From positions 46,686,001 through 46,750,000 of the forward strand of contig NC_043006.1 in assembly GCF_006345805.1 (NCBI RefSeq): a stretch of 64,000 nt of DNA, written 5' to 3'. The stretch's first letter is position 1, and the number at the start of each line of letters is the position of its first letter. Of the stretch, positions 39,424 to 52,676 are shown one piece after another. The position numbers were made by a program, and so were the translations under genes. A model generated the notes under the pieces. The model searched no databases. It had not been told where the DNA came from and was given only the letters and a program-made list of their open reading frames with translations. The stretch comes from Octopus sinensis (taxonomy: Eukaryota).

Positions 39424-39616
39424 GAGTATATATGTATACACATATATATATATATACATGTATGTGTACATATAAATATATATATACACTTACACATTAA
39501 TATTTATATACTTGTATGCATATACGTACTTAAATATATACATATGTACATATGTATGTATATATATGCTTACACATATCATATATATCTATATGTGCGT
39601 GTATGTATGTATGTAG

Positions 39617-39656
<40 letters not shown>

Positions 39657-40204
39657 CATGCATAAGTATAATGTACATACGAACATGGACACGTAGGTAT
39701 AAGCATTTTGTATAAACACTTGTTGACAGAGATATGCACAGATAAATTGTCTCATACGTACACACACACACACACACTCACACACACGCATTAACAGGCA
39801 ATAATGCGAATCGCATCAGTTCACGCTTGGGTAGCTATATTCATATGAAATGTATTCATTGAATCAACAACGCGAAACATACGAAACTTACCTCCGCTTA
39901 CGCTTATGTACATCCACTCTCTCTTACAAATGCACACACTTAAACACACACTCACCGAAACACGGGTTTACGCAGATACCAGTAACACGTGTACAATGGC
40001 ATACATCCAAATATCGATTGAGCCATTTTCTAAAATATCCACTGGCTAATCTACCAAATCTTCCATACACAAGACACACTTCACGTAATTTCAACTGTTG
40101 GAAGCTTTATTGATTTTCTTTTGTCACCTTGAAAACTCCGGAGAAAGAACACCAATGAAGGCCGCACTATTCCTCCGATTTCTTTTTTCCGTATCACTAT
40201 CATT

Positions 40205-40387
40205 TAGTTCTTCCTCTTCTTCTTCCTCCTCTTCTTCTTCCTCTTCTCGTTCCTCTTCTTCTTCCTCCTCTTCTTCTTCTTCTTCTTCCTCTACTTCTTT
40301 TTCTTCCCCTCCTCTTACTTCTACTTCTATTCCTCGTCTTGCTGCTGCTGCTGCTGCTACTACTACTACTACTAACTACTACTACTA

Positions 40388-40422
<35 letters not shown>

Positions 40423-40507
40423 AGTTGAAATTGCTGCTACTGCTGCTACCGCCGCATTCTTGTATGTTACGTTTTTGCTCGCTGTTCCTTTTACGGCACG
40501 CATTTTC

Positions 40508-40550
<43 letters not shown>
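40205..40550. repeat. Compound trinucleotide repeats (CTT/CCT)n, (GCT)n, (CTA)n, (TTA)n
   Basis: Directly visible. Confidence 0.95.
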
Positions 40551-40553
<3 letters not shown>

Positions 40554-41078
40554 TTCTGCTGTCAGACTGTTAGTAGCGCAAACCACTTGAAAAGCGGAGG
40601 ATAAATCCTTGCAGTAAGCAATTTCATTTGTTTATATTTTAAGTTCTAATTACCATGAGCTCGAAGTTACCTTCTATCTTTCTCTTCTTCGCTAAAATAA
40701 GTAGCACTGAATCTACTGATCATGGATATAAATAAATAGGAGTAATCTCTGAAATCCTTATAGAAATTGTGAAGTTCTGCCAATTAAAAAAGAAAGTTAG
40801 TCTCAACAGCGTGGCTTTTATGAGGCGCAAAAATCGAGTTTTGCACCGTTTTCTCTTTATCGCGGATAGTTATTAAGTAAATTGTCTTTATGAATTACTA
40901 TTTATTACAGCTGAACCTTTTCGCCTTCAGGCAATAAAGACTAAGCTGAAAATAAAATTTCTTTATTCCAAACCTCATATAGTATAATGTACATACAATA
41001 TTTTTACGTAACTCAGGTCTTATTTCATTCTGTATCTCATATCTTCTCTATAATAAATATTTAGCATTTTTTCGCGTC

Positions 41079-41126
41079 GTCTCTGATGAAAAGATATATA
41101 AAATATCCCGGAAACAGCTGTAAGAC
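41079..41126 (+). ncRNA. Minimal type I hammerhead-like motif with weakened stem II base
   Basis: gtct CTGATGA aaagatat-ataaa-atatcccg GAAAC AGCT GTA agac. Confidence 0.55.
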
Positions 41127-41183
41127 CTCTTTATAAATGTTCTGAAAACTATTTACAGCCTTGGATTTTAAAATTCCATGCTG

Positions 41184-41254
<71 letters not shown>

Positions 41255-41264
41255 TATATATAGA

Positions 41265-41508
41265 TGCGCCCTTTTAATGCCTAGCCAGGCTCATGGGCCC
41301 GGTTTCCCGGTTTCAATGGCGTATGTGTTCCGCAGCTGGACGTGGGACGCCTGTCCATCGCAGCGTTACTCATTTTTGCCAGCTGAGTGGACTGCAGCAA
41401 CGTGAAATGAGGTGTTTTGTTCAAGAACACAACGCGTCACCCGGTCCAGAAATCGAAACCACAATCTTACGATCATGGTGCTGACGCCTTAACCACTAAG
41501 CCACGCGC

Positions 41509-41511
<3 letters not shown>
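41265..41511 (-). mobile_element. Family C SINE (tRNA head, V-SINE-like central domain)
   Basis: The minus strand reads ggcgcgtggcttagtggttaagg...tggtttcgatttc...gttcttgaacaaaacac...gcgatggacaggcgtcc. Homologous to the 55564-56550 array. Confidence 0.85.
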
Positions 41512-41551
<40 letters not shown>

Positions 41552-41614
41552 AACACACACACACACGAACACAAACACACACACACACACACACAACACA
41601 CACATACATATACA

Positions 41615-42170
41615 CATGAGGTGCGGACGGTATTTAAGGACTCATGCATTTTTAGTCATTATTTTATTTGACTACTTTTATTGAACTTCTATTTCAGAAA
41701 ATAACAATGATTGTCGCTTTGAAGGCTAAGCATGGTGATTTAGAAATTTCTCGCTTTCTGAAAATTGCAAGATTCCACAAGATTCGGTGTTAGTGAAAGA
41801 AGATTGGAGGCGTATTACTGGTATCAAAACGTAAAATTCATAAAATTCCAAACACCCTTATTCTTATCAGGGAACCTGAATTTATTCAGGAGGTTAAGCA
41901 AAACATTGAAGACAAACAGGAAAGTTAATGAGGTCAACTGCCAAAAAATTTCCTGTGCTAGAAGAAATAATTAAAAATGTTGTACATGAAGACATCAGAT
42001 ACAAATCTTACGTGATGAGGAGAGTTTAATTCATGTCAGAAATAACCGTGTAATCGGATCCAAAAGACTTTTGAACAAACTTAAAAATCCACTAGAAAAT
42101 GGTGTGATTTGGTCTTTCTCAGACGAGAAAATCTTTGACCAGGAACAGAAAACAGAAGAAATGACAGATA
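41615..42170 (+). mobile_element. Tc1/mariner-superfamily transposase remnant (5' half), truncated at a SINE fragment
   Basis: Broken frames MIVALKAKHGDLEISRFLKIAR.., VVHEDIRYKSYVMRR and NKLKNPLENGVIWSFSDEKIFDQEQK. SDEK corresponds to the first catalytic-Asp motif. Confidence 0.75.
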
Positions 42171-42185
42171 TATATATATTCTTTT

Positions 42186-42355
42186 ATTCTTTTATTTGTT
42201 TCAGCCATTTGACTGTGTCATGCTGGAGCACCGCACAAATCGACTTCAGTACATATTCTTTGTAAGCCTAGTACTTATTCTATCGATGTTTTCTGCGGAA
42301 CCCCTAAGTTACGGGGACTTAAATACATCAACATCGTTTGTCAAGCGATGGTGGG
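42186..42355 (-). mobile_element. Family A SINE, 3' fragment
   Basis: cagccatttgactgtgtcatgctggagcaccgc...taagttacggggac. Confidence 0.8.
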
Positions 42356-43083
42356 CGGCTTTTGAGCTAGCTACTGTGGAGGGCTCTTCTTTAGACCTTG
42401 GGCCCAACAATGTCACTTTATGCATTGAGTACACATTAAATTTTATTAGACTTGTATAATATTTTTCAAGCAATGAACAATTATCATCAAAACAATCATA
42501 TAATTTGACGACTTGGAACTTATTGCAAAGCTGCATGATAAACAACGGTACCACCACCAGTGCCACCACATCTGTCATACACACACCATTCAGACTTCTG
42601 ACGCCACCACCATTAATATCTTTGGCCCTGCCTCCTCCTCCACCACTACCACCATCACCCCGTCCACCATCATCAACCGCGCCCCCGCCTCTATCACAAA
42701 TATAGCTCACACTATTGCTATCACCTCATTACCATGAAAAGCCTCTTAGTTCAGTATGTCGGCCCATTGTTCAGTTTTTCTTTCTCTCACATACCCATCT
42801 TTCTCTTTCTCTTATAATTACTCCCACTGCCACCATCAACGCAACTACTTTCAATAAAACACCATGAACTCTCCCTAAATTTGCTTCTCATTCTATCGCT
42901 CTCATTTTCCATCTCTCTCTCTTTCTCTCCGTCTGTCTTCGCCACTGCCCTCACTCTCTCCATGCCTAGGATTACTCTCACCCTAGTATGAGCATTGGTA
43001 GAAGTGTCATTCAATAGTGAGAAAGTGGGGTTAAAGTGTGACACACTGACACAGAAATTTTATTTCGAATTAAATATATTAGA

Positions 43084-43238
43084 TATGCGACGGGCTTCTT
43101 TCATTTTCCGTCTAGCAAATCCAACCACAAGGCTTTGATCGGCGCGAGGCTATAGTAGAAGATACTTGTCCAAGGTGCAACGCAGTGAAACCCGGGACCA
43201 TGTGGTTGGTAAGCAAACTACCTACAACACAGCCACCC
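43084..43238 (-). mobile_element. Family A SINE, 5' half
   Basis: cgacgggcttctttc...gaggctatagtagaagatacttgtccaagg...accatgtggttggtaagc. Confidence 0.8.
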
Positions 43239-43634
43239 ATGATGCGAAGTCAAATTGTGCTATTACGTTTAAAGACTTAATATCTCTTTGAATAAGAAGT
43301 GCATTATATATCATAATAGAAATCGTAATAGCGGTGTACTTAAGTGAGAATAGATATCGGATTATTGACAATGTCAACGAAATGACAACGAAAAAATAGA
43401 CTAAAATTGTGCTATTAAACAAAATTGAAAAATAAGTTACGACATATTTATTTTTACGGAGTGATATTTACTGTATGGAAATTTTAACTCAATATATTTA
43501 CAAAATGAAAGAAAAAAAAACAGTCAATTTACCTTTCAGTAAGTTTCGTATTTTAAATTGTATAAACTTAATAGATTAGTTTACAGCTGGTAAATTTATC
43601 ACCCAATAGTTAATATGTTAATGGGATTGAATTA

Positions 43635-43727
<93 letters not shown>

Positions 43728-43819
43728 ATCCAAACAAGAAAACAAAAAAACACAACAACGCGAGGACTTGGAACAAATAAAGTATTATTGGACGCTCAGG
43801 AAAGAAGGGAAGAAGGAGG

Positions 43820-43854
43820 GTATAACGTTTCGAGCGGAGCTCTTCGTCGGAAAC
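43820..43854 (-). ncRNA. Minimal PLE-type hammerhead variant (U4C core)
   Basis: The minus strand reads gttt CCGACGA a GAGC-tcc-GCTC GAAAC GTT atac. Confidence 0.5.
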
Positions 43855-45371
43855 ATAGGAGAAGGAAAGACCCCGAGAAGGGAAGACAGAGGAAAACATT
43901 CGTCAGCGGTACTCACGAGGTCACATATATATGCTGGGACATTCCGCTGCGGCATGGCGATACCAGCCTGGTATTTGGAGTCAATATACATATTTTGCAG
44001 GATAAAACACTATTTGTCTACAGACTGTAATAGGACATACGAGGGTTCAAAAGCAGGATTGAGCAGGAAAATTGAAGAGAAACGGAAGAAATATAATCAG
44101 TCATTGTATAAGTATCTATATCTTCACTCTATGCATATATGCAGAAGAGCATGTAAATATGAAACATCAACAAAATTGTTCAAACTAAAGTCGTTCTTGA
44201 GCAACGCATTTTTGCTTTCGAGTCAATGCAGATTTAGAGATGATACCTATGAAATTTTGATTTACTGTCGGGTGACTTTTGGCCAACCTTCAATATGTAT
44301 ATGTGTGTGTGCATGTGTATATATATGTATATATACTGTGATGTTGTTGGTAAAACATGTTCTTTGTCTATCTCCTTATCCTCTTGGAGATTTTGGATAA
44401 AATTATACTAATGTGTCCTTCAAATTTAATTAGATTCTATGTTATTTGTGCAGCTGAAGATTGCTCTACACTTTAAATTGATGTAAAAATTGCCTTGTTC
44501 AATTATAATCATCTTATTTCAAATTGTATGGATAACACCATACTAAATTTTGGTGCCTCAACTTAAGTACATTATTCATCTGAATCTATATATATATATA
44601 TATATATACAAAAAAATATATATATACAAAAATATACACATATCCAAATATTATTTTTCTTAGTCCTGCTGGGTTTCTAGCAATCTAGGAAAGTGAGTAT
44701 GCCGACAACCCGACCATGCAACACGATGTAGTGGTTTCCATATTAGCAGCACCACCCATGAAAGACCTCACGCGTAATCTGACAATTGACCGAATGAACC
44801 TAGGATTTGTTCAACGAATATCTACCAACAGCACACGCATTCAAAAATTCCGGTTTGGTCACTCGCGTGCTGGACAGCGACCCGTCCATCAAGTGAGGCA
44901 CCTGCTAGCATTTGCTAAAGAATATCTCTAGAAGTCAGTCTGTTATGAACGAGATAGGCAGGGAATGGCATTGAAAGTTCTTGCTATTTTTTTCCCCTGT
45001 GCGGTCATGACGTTCCCACTTTTCTGAGCACTGGATATCTTGCTCTGGTTTCTCTCGGGATCATGGTAATGGTGTGAAAACATACCGAATCTAAAAGTTT
45101 CGGGTGTGCTACCACCGGTGAGGATTATTTTCGATCACTGGTGGAGATGGATGGTGCTTCAGAGAGCAAAGATTTTGCGGGCCCAAATCGAGTTAAGTCC
45201 AATGCTGGTGTAAAAACACCGTGCTAAATATTCCTAGCGTTCAGTGATGGTCTTCCTAAGTGAAGAGTGAACAGCCATCACATCACTTATGTGTATATAT
45301 ATATATGTGTGTGTGTGAATGTGTGTGTATGTGTATATATATATATATGTATATATATACACATACATATG

Positions 45372-45405
<34 letters not shown>

Positions 45406-45723
45406 CATATGTATAATAGATATATATATACTTATAGATATACATATGTATAATAGATATGTATACACACGCAAACACATACACACAAACACACACATAT
45501 ATAGATCTATATAAATCTCTATATAAATCTACATACATACATACATATCTATATGTATGTGTGTTTGTGTGTGTGTGTGTGTTCTCCTTGTTTCTTTCTG
45601 TGGCAGAGCGTAGGCTCAAAACGTAAAGACATTTTTTTCACTTCCCGAGGGTTAAACCAATACATCTGCTGTTTGTTGTCTACACCACCTGGCTTCGTCT
45701 TTTGTTTTATTTCTAAATTCTCC

Positions 45724-45772
<49 letters not shown>

Positions 45773-45838
45773 GACAGAAGTAGAGGGGGCGAGAAACCTA
45801 TTTATTATATAGAGAGATAGAAAGATACACCCCACCAT

Positions 45839-45896
<58 letters not shown>

Positions 45897-46120
45897 TTAG
45901 GTATACTATGGTATGAACGTATGAATGTGTGTGTTTTATGCACTCAAATATATGTTTCTAATAAGATATATTCTTCTTTTATGAGACCGTTGTTGTATTG
46001 TCATTCTCAAACTAAAAATGATTTATAGATGTATTTATGAACTTAAGTCTCTCATTGTTTACAGACTTCTTCTTTCTATTTTTACGACAATATATTGATA
46101 CATCTCGCTGTATCTATTTT

Positions 46121-46235
46121 TGTTTCTCTCTTTATATGTATAATTATAAATATACAGAGACACATGCATATATATAATATATATATATGTATATACGTCA
46201 GTATATTTATAATTATACATATAAAGAGAGAAACA
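46121..46235. repeat. Perfect 35-bp inverted repeat with a 45-nt spacer
   Basis: tgtttctctctttatatgtataattataaatatac (46121-55) is the exact reverse complement of 46201-35. Confidence 0.95.
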
Positions 46236-46523
46236 TATATACGTATATATATATATACATGCATAATTTTACATACATATACATATTTGTATGTCCAACA
46301 AACAGACTCTTTTAAGTGTTACGAAAGGCAATTACAGTTAAATGCGTTAGTCTATATATATATATATATATATTATATATGTATATATATATGTGCATAT
46401 ATACATATATATATATATACATATATATATGTATATATGTGTGTGTGTAGTGTCTGTGGCGTGGGTATGTATGTGTGTGTGTTGTGTGTATTTATTTTTG
46501 CTTAGGTATGTATACTTTTGTGC

Positions 46524-46561
<38 letters not shown>

Positions 46562-47171
46562 GTTTACAATTATACACACAACAATTCGTACATACAAAGA
46601 GAATGAATGGATATAAATGATAAATGATGAACTGTAATATATTTTACAAATGCTTGTCAAACCTATGACTGGTGATGAACAACAGTTTGTGCAAAAAAGA
46701 AAAAACCAAAGCAAAAAAATAAATAAAGGCAGATACAAACCAGACATATTGTTTTCTCATATATAGAAAATTGTTAACTGATATACATCTATAAGACAAA
46801 CAATTTAAGTGGAATTAATACTAGAAATGATGTATCTGTTATGTTAATTTTTTTCATAAAAATTGGTCAAAACATTGTTTTTATATCATTGCGTATACAC
46901 ATTATATTTATTTATTAAACAAATATATATAAAAAAATTGTTATCACTATAAGTAAATTGATATTCGTAAAAATGTATACATATATAGAAAAGCAGTCAC
47001 AAAAACACAAATCGTTCTTACGTATACATGTATACACACATATACACACACAAACACTCTCTCTTTTTCTCATATAAAGATATATTTCGTATGTGAGTTC
47101 CTCCATCGATCTTTGTATCTAAACATACATACGTATTCATATGTGAGTGTGTAGGTATGTTTGTATATATA

Positions 47172-47233
<62 letters not shown>

Positions 47234-47250
47234 ATATCTATCTATCTATC

Positions 47251-47281
<31 letters not shown>

Positions 47282-48405
47282 TATGCGTGTGCGTGTGTGT
47301 GTGTGTGTGTAATGTATTGTAGTATGTGTCTGTGTGTGTGGGGATATGTGTTTTGGTGAGAGTGAACGGGAGAAATGTTACTCGTCACTATTGCATAGTA
47401 TCGTGATATTTTTGCGGTAGATCAGGTATTCTTTTCTCTTGTAATTTTCCCAACCTGCTACCTGTTCGAACTAGATCTTGGAAGACATCTAACCTAACTC
47501 TCAGCCAGTTACTAGTCCATCGGTCTCATAGAACTGAATGAATATGGAATGGTTTGAAGAAAGTTTATAATTTATAACGTTTTGTTTGTCACACCAGTTA
47601 TACACGCAAGTGCACGAACAAACCAGTAATCATGGAATAGGTCTGTAACGAAAAAAAGAAACGCAGAAAAAAAAAAGAAACACAAAAATCTGAAAAATTC
47701 TCCTGAAAGATGAAAAGAGCGATAACTTTTGTACTATACGTAATAGAAAGCGATGTGTTTTGTACTCCGTTAAATAGAAATTAAAGAGAACTGATTGAAC
47801 GAAGGTGAATAAATATTGTGTGACAATTTGTCAACTATGTGTAGAAAGGTGATACGTTTAAGTGAATCGTGTGAAAACGTTACCAACTATTATCCGAATA
47901 TGAGTTTCAAAAGTCATATTTGAAATCATTTAGAATCAATGCAATGCGTGCTACACAGAGAAGTTTCTATTTTCCTTTTCTGGTCAATGAATGCGGTATT
48001 TTTCGCATCCCAAATTTTCAACTGCCGGCTCAGCAGCGTATATTTGGGCTGATTATGTCAGCATGAACAGAACAACAACTAAACTTTATCACTGGTTATT
48101 CAACGTAGCAAGAAATATAAACTTTAATACAAAAAGAATACAGTACAACATAAAATAAAATAAAACTATATATTGAAACCGGTACGTTTAATGAAATTTT
48201 GCTCTATATAAACGAGTATCGAATGTAAAATGGTAAGTACGCATCTGAACATGGAGTCGATGTCCAATTGTTCACATATAAGAGCACTTTTTTCAGAGAA
48301 AATTTCAGATGGGCCATTTTAGCGCTCAAGAAAAATGCATAAATGAATTCCAACAAATGAAGTAATATACCTATTCATCCACCGATGCACATACGGAAAC
48401 ACGTA

Positions 48406-48467
<62 letters not shown>

Positions 48468-48833
48468 GCACATTTTTATGCATACACACACATATATATG
48501 TATAACACAAAGGCACACACATATATACATACATACACGTAGACGTGAATATGTAAGTGTGCGTGACTTTAGATTCAAATATAGATGGGGGTACTTGCAT
48601 ATGAAAGCATATATCCATAGGTGATCACGAATTATTTCTAAGCATGTTGGCTGTGAGTTCAAGATATTGAGATCGCCCAATAGGACAGAAATACTTCAGA
48701 TGTTCCTCCTGTCAGCGAGTGGTTTTAGACACCGTACGTCCAAAAGACACATTGTCTCCGAATGAATACTGTGGTGAATTTAATTATCACGATGTATTTA
48801 TATTAAGTGGGATATTTAAATTGCTACATATAT

Positions 48834-48864
<31 letters not shown>

Positions 48865-49224
48865 GCACATTTTTATGCATACACACACATATATATGTAT
48901 AACACAAAGGCACACACATATATACATACATACACGTAGACGTGAATATGTAAGTGTGCGTGACTTTAGATTCAAATATAGATGGGGGTACTTGCATATG
49001 AAAGCATATATCCATAGGTGATCACGAATTATTTCTAAGCATGTTGGCTGTGAGTTCAAGATATTGAGATCGCCCAATAGGACAGAAATACTTCAGATGT
49101 TCCTCCTGTCAGCGAGTGGTTTTAGACACCGTACGTCCAAAAGACACATTGTCTCCGAATGAATACTGTGGTGAATTTAATTATCACGATGTATTTATAT
49201 TAAGTGGGATATTTAAATTGCTAC
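48468..49224. repeat. Tandem duplication, 397-bp period (360-bp non-TA unit separated by TA tracts)
   Basis: 48468-48827 appears identical to 48865-49224. Confidence 0.95.
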
Positions 49225-49333
49225 ATATATATATATATATATATATGAGGGTGAAAAGGAACACACGAGTTGATATATATGAAAAAACAAGTCAAAAATA
49301 GAAAATGCTAAAATAATTTTATAGTGAACATTT

Positions 49334-49371
49334 CAGTACCGGTTTCGGTCATTTTGAGACCTTTTCAACTG
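49334..49371 (-). ncRNA. Core-mutated minimal hammerhead
   Basis: The minus strand reads cag TTGAAAA GGTC-tcaaaat-GACC GAA ACCGGT A ctg. The stems are intact; the core is C3U/G8A relative to CUGANGA. Confidence 0.45.
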
Positions 49372-50210
49372 TAACGATTAAATAATTAAATTTAGAAAAA
49401 TTAGAAGAAAAGTTTTTTTAAAAGAATATTTCTATAGTAGTGTTCAGATTTAAGTGGCATTCTGCCTTTCTCTGACTCCCTTGTTTGCACTTGTGTGTTC
49501 GAGGTAGTTGTGAGTTCTTGGTAGGGTAGTAGAGGAAGAAGGCTGGTGAGGAAAGCGGGGTGGGAGAAATATATATATATACATAATTCGAATTGTGCCT
49601 CGCATACTCAATGTCATTTCAGAAAACTATAGCTATACACTATCTATGTATACTTAAAACTAGCGGATTCCTTCTCGTATCCAAGTAACACGAGCGCTTG
49701 GCATTGATAAGTCGCTAAACGGCAATATTACCCAGTTCTGAAAGATATGTTTTTTCTTTAGCATAATGCCTCTGGAAATAGATTTTTCCTGAATAAAAAC
49801 CTGTAGCATCTGTTTTTCCGACGTCTTCCATAAAGATTTTATTCAAATACTGCCTTGATTGCCCAGTTCGAACTCTCTTGGCACACACATATACGCACCC
49901 GCATACACGACGCAAACATACATAAACACACAATTCACGAGCCCACACTCATATATATACATACGTTTGTACATTTTTTGCGTATGTATGTGTGTATGTA
50001 TTTATGCATATGTGTCTATATGTATTTTATTAGTGTTTGCTTTTACGTATACTTATAGAGATAGTCATTAACTGAAAGTTCCTGCAATACATATATTTTT
50101 TGCGAAGGTTGGCAAATAACACCTTATTTAGCAATGGCCCTTAGAGTCTCTTCCAGCCATACCTTATAAGATCTTAAAGTCTCTGCCAACGTTTACCCTC
50201 ACTCTGTCGT

Positions 50211-50251
<41 letters not shown>

Positions 50252-50898
50252 ATATATATTTATATAGAAAAATAGAAAATGGGACAAGAACGCAAAACAA
50301 AAATGAGACAACAAAACATCCAGATAGGCGATACAAAGAAACCAAGGACGGGTCATTCGAAGTTTTCTTTCCTCAGTCGAGCACCAGATTATCTTCACAA
50401 TTTCGGCTGATTATACTCGAGATTGCTCCAATCTGGCCAGCCCTAAGGAAAAACTAAGCTAAGAACGTTAGATTCGTTGGAAGAAAGCAGCGAATGTATA
50501 TATTCACACACACACACCTGTGTGCTTGCGCGCGCGCGTGTGGTGAATGTGTATGTATATTTAAACTTTAAAATGTGAAAAGCAAAATGCTCTGGTAGTT
50601 AACATGGAATCCATTAGTTGTGGTGAGAAACTTTGATGAGTTTGGATAAATTTTCTTTAAACACGGCCACTCTTCAATCGACGTTCAGTCAGATACTAAA
50701 AATACTCTCAAAACTGTAACGTTCTTTAACATATATAGTGTAATATATAGTGTAGTAGGCTGATAGAACTGGGCTAAGACTTGGATTGATTTTAAAATTG
50801 ATGCCAACGTAATTTGTGCAATATTGAACTAAGAGCATTCCCCGAAACGGTCGGCTTTTCCATCTCTATCTTTTTCTCTCCATCTAACTACACGCACG

Positions 50899-50934
<36 letters not shown>

Positions 50935-50974
50935 TGTACACACAGACGCACACATACAAATACATATATATAAA

Positions 50975-51127
50975 TATATACGACGGGCTTCTTTCAGGTT
51001 CCTTCTATTAAATCCACTCACAAGGCTTTGCTCGGCTCGACAATATAGTAGAAACACTTGCAATGGGACTGAACTCGGGACCCTGGAGTTAGGAAGCCAG
51101 CTTCTTACCACACACATGCCTGCGCCC
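50975..51127 (-). mobile_element. Family A SINE, degenerate 5' half
   Basis: tacgacgggcttctttc...aaatccactcacaaggctttg...gggactgaactcggga. Confidence 0.75.
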
Positions 51128-51259
51128 ATACCCACGCAAACACACACATATATGTATGTATGTATATATGTATGTGTATGCATGTATATTTGTCTGTATC
51201 TATATATTTATTTACCTATCTATCTATATGTATATATCTACCTATACACACACACACAA

Positions 51260-51322
<63 letters not shown>

Positions 51323-52553
51323 AGTTTGCGTGCGTGATACTGTTTGTGCATAGCTTTTTATTAATTCTAATGAATTAGATATCGTTAATGTTCCATATAC
51401 TATTTTAGTATTGTATCACCTGGTTACACCGAATTCGAATAAATAATATCTTTTACCGATTCTATAAAAAATTATCGATGCATTTATTTGTACATATTAA
51501 TATATACACTACATAATATTAAATCAAATTTTTATTATAGAACTTATGTTTATTAGAGTTTTGTTTGCTTCCTTTGTTTTCTAAAAGAATTATCATAATA
51601 TGACTACGACGTTCCTAATATTTAGCTATTGAAGCTTGATGTATCACCAAGTATTATATAATTATTTTCCGTTGACAATACCAGAAGCATCAATATTGAA
51701 ATCTAATGCAATATATTCGAATACTCCATAGCGTTTTCAAAGTTTCAGGAGGATGGTCTCTTTGGAGGTTCAGACTGCAAGAAACAGTAATCAAATGTTC
51801 TTAAAACCAAAATTTAATCTGGTAAATAAGTAAAAAGTGTTAATGTGTTAAGTAAACGCCATATTGAATGTAGTATACTACACCTCTGAACAAAAATGAT
51901 ACTTTCGGTTGTAATTTCATCAATCGGATCAATCATGTTTGATCAGGTGTTAAGTCGCAACAATTTGCTGCTTCAATGGCTTAAGTTGTTTAGCTCGATA
52001 TCACACCAAGCGTCACAGATCAATGTTAATATTCATTCCAATTGTGATCAAATCGTTATATTTCTCAGTGGTTGTAAATCTAGGAATCAATTATCGACAT
52101 CGTTCTATAAACATTTATGAGATTGCTTTATTTTTATTTGGCTGCTATTTCTTATAAGTCGAGCGACTGAATAAGGCTTTTCTCTTTGATATAGTGGCCA
52201 GATTACTACATTCATTTAACACTTGAAGTAGATTTATCTGATGTGAAATAACCGTTTCTTCTTAAAATATTTCATTTGGGCCCCAGTGTAGAATGCTTTT
52301 CAATTTACGACTTCATGATATACAATTCGTAGCTGCATATTTTTATGAGAAGTGTGTAGTAGAAAATAATTTTCAGTTATTAGAACAGCAATTTGCGATT
52401 GCAGTTTAAATCGGAGTGAGGTGTTTTTTTTCTTTTAATCGTATCGTGTTTAATAAATAAAATGTCAGTCAAATAAGAGGTCCTATTTCCCTCTCATTCC
52501 TTCATTTTCCTCTTCTCTCTCTGTCCATTTATCTGCGTGTCTATCTATCTGTC

Positions 52554-52598
<45 letters not shown>

Positions 52599-52647
52599 AT
52601 CTGGGAATCGGTTGCGTTGGAAAAAAGAAACCTAGGTGACCATATGC

Positions 52648-52676
52648 AGTGTCGCGTTTTGGCCGCCATCTTAAAA
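52648..52676 (-). promoter_or_regulatory. YY1-consensus-like motif (AAGATGGCGGCC), possible start-codon context
   Basis: The + strand ggccgccatctt matches the YY1 consensus CCGCCATNTT. This is a single short motif only. Confidence 0.25.

Noticed and set aside
43768-44400. 210-aa ORF, the longest non-microsatellite ORF
   Set aside because: Its 5' third is the antisense of the hammerhead-bearing repeat and its 3' end runs into TG/TA repeats. No recognisable domain.
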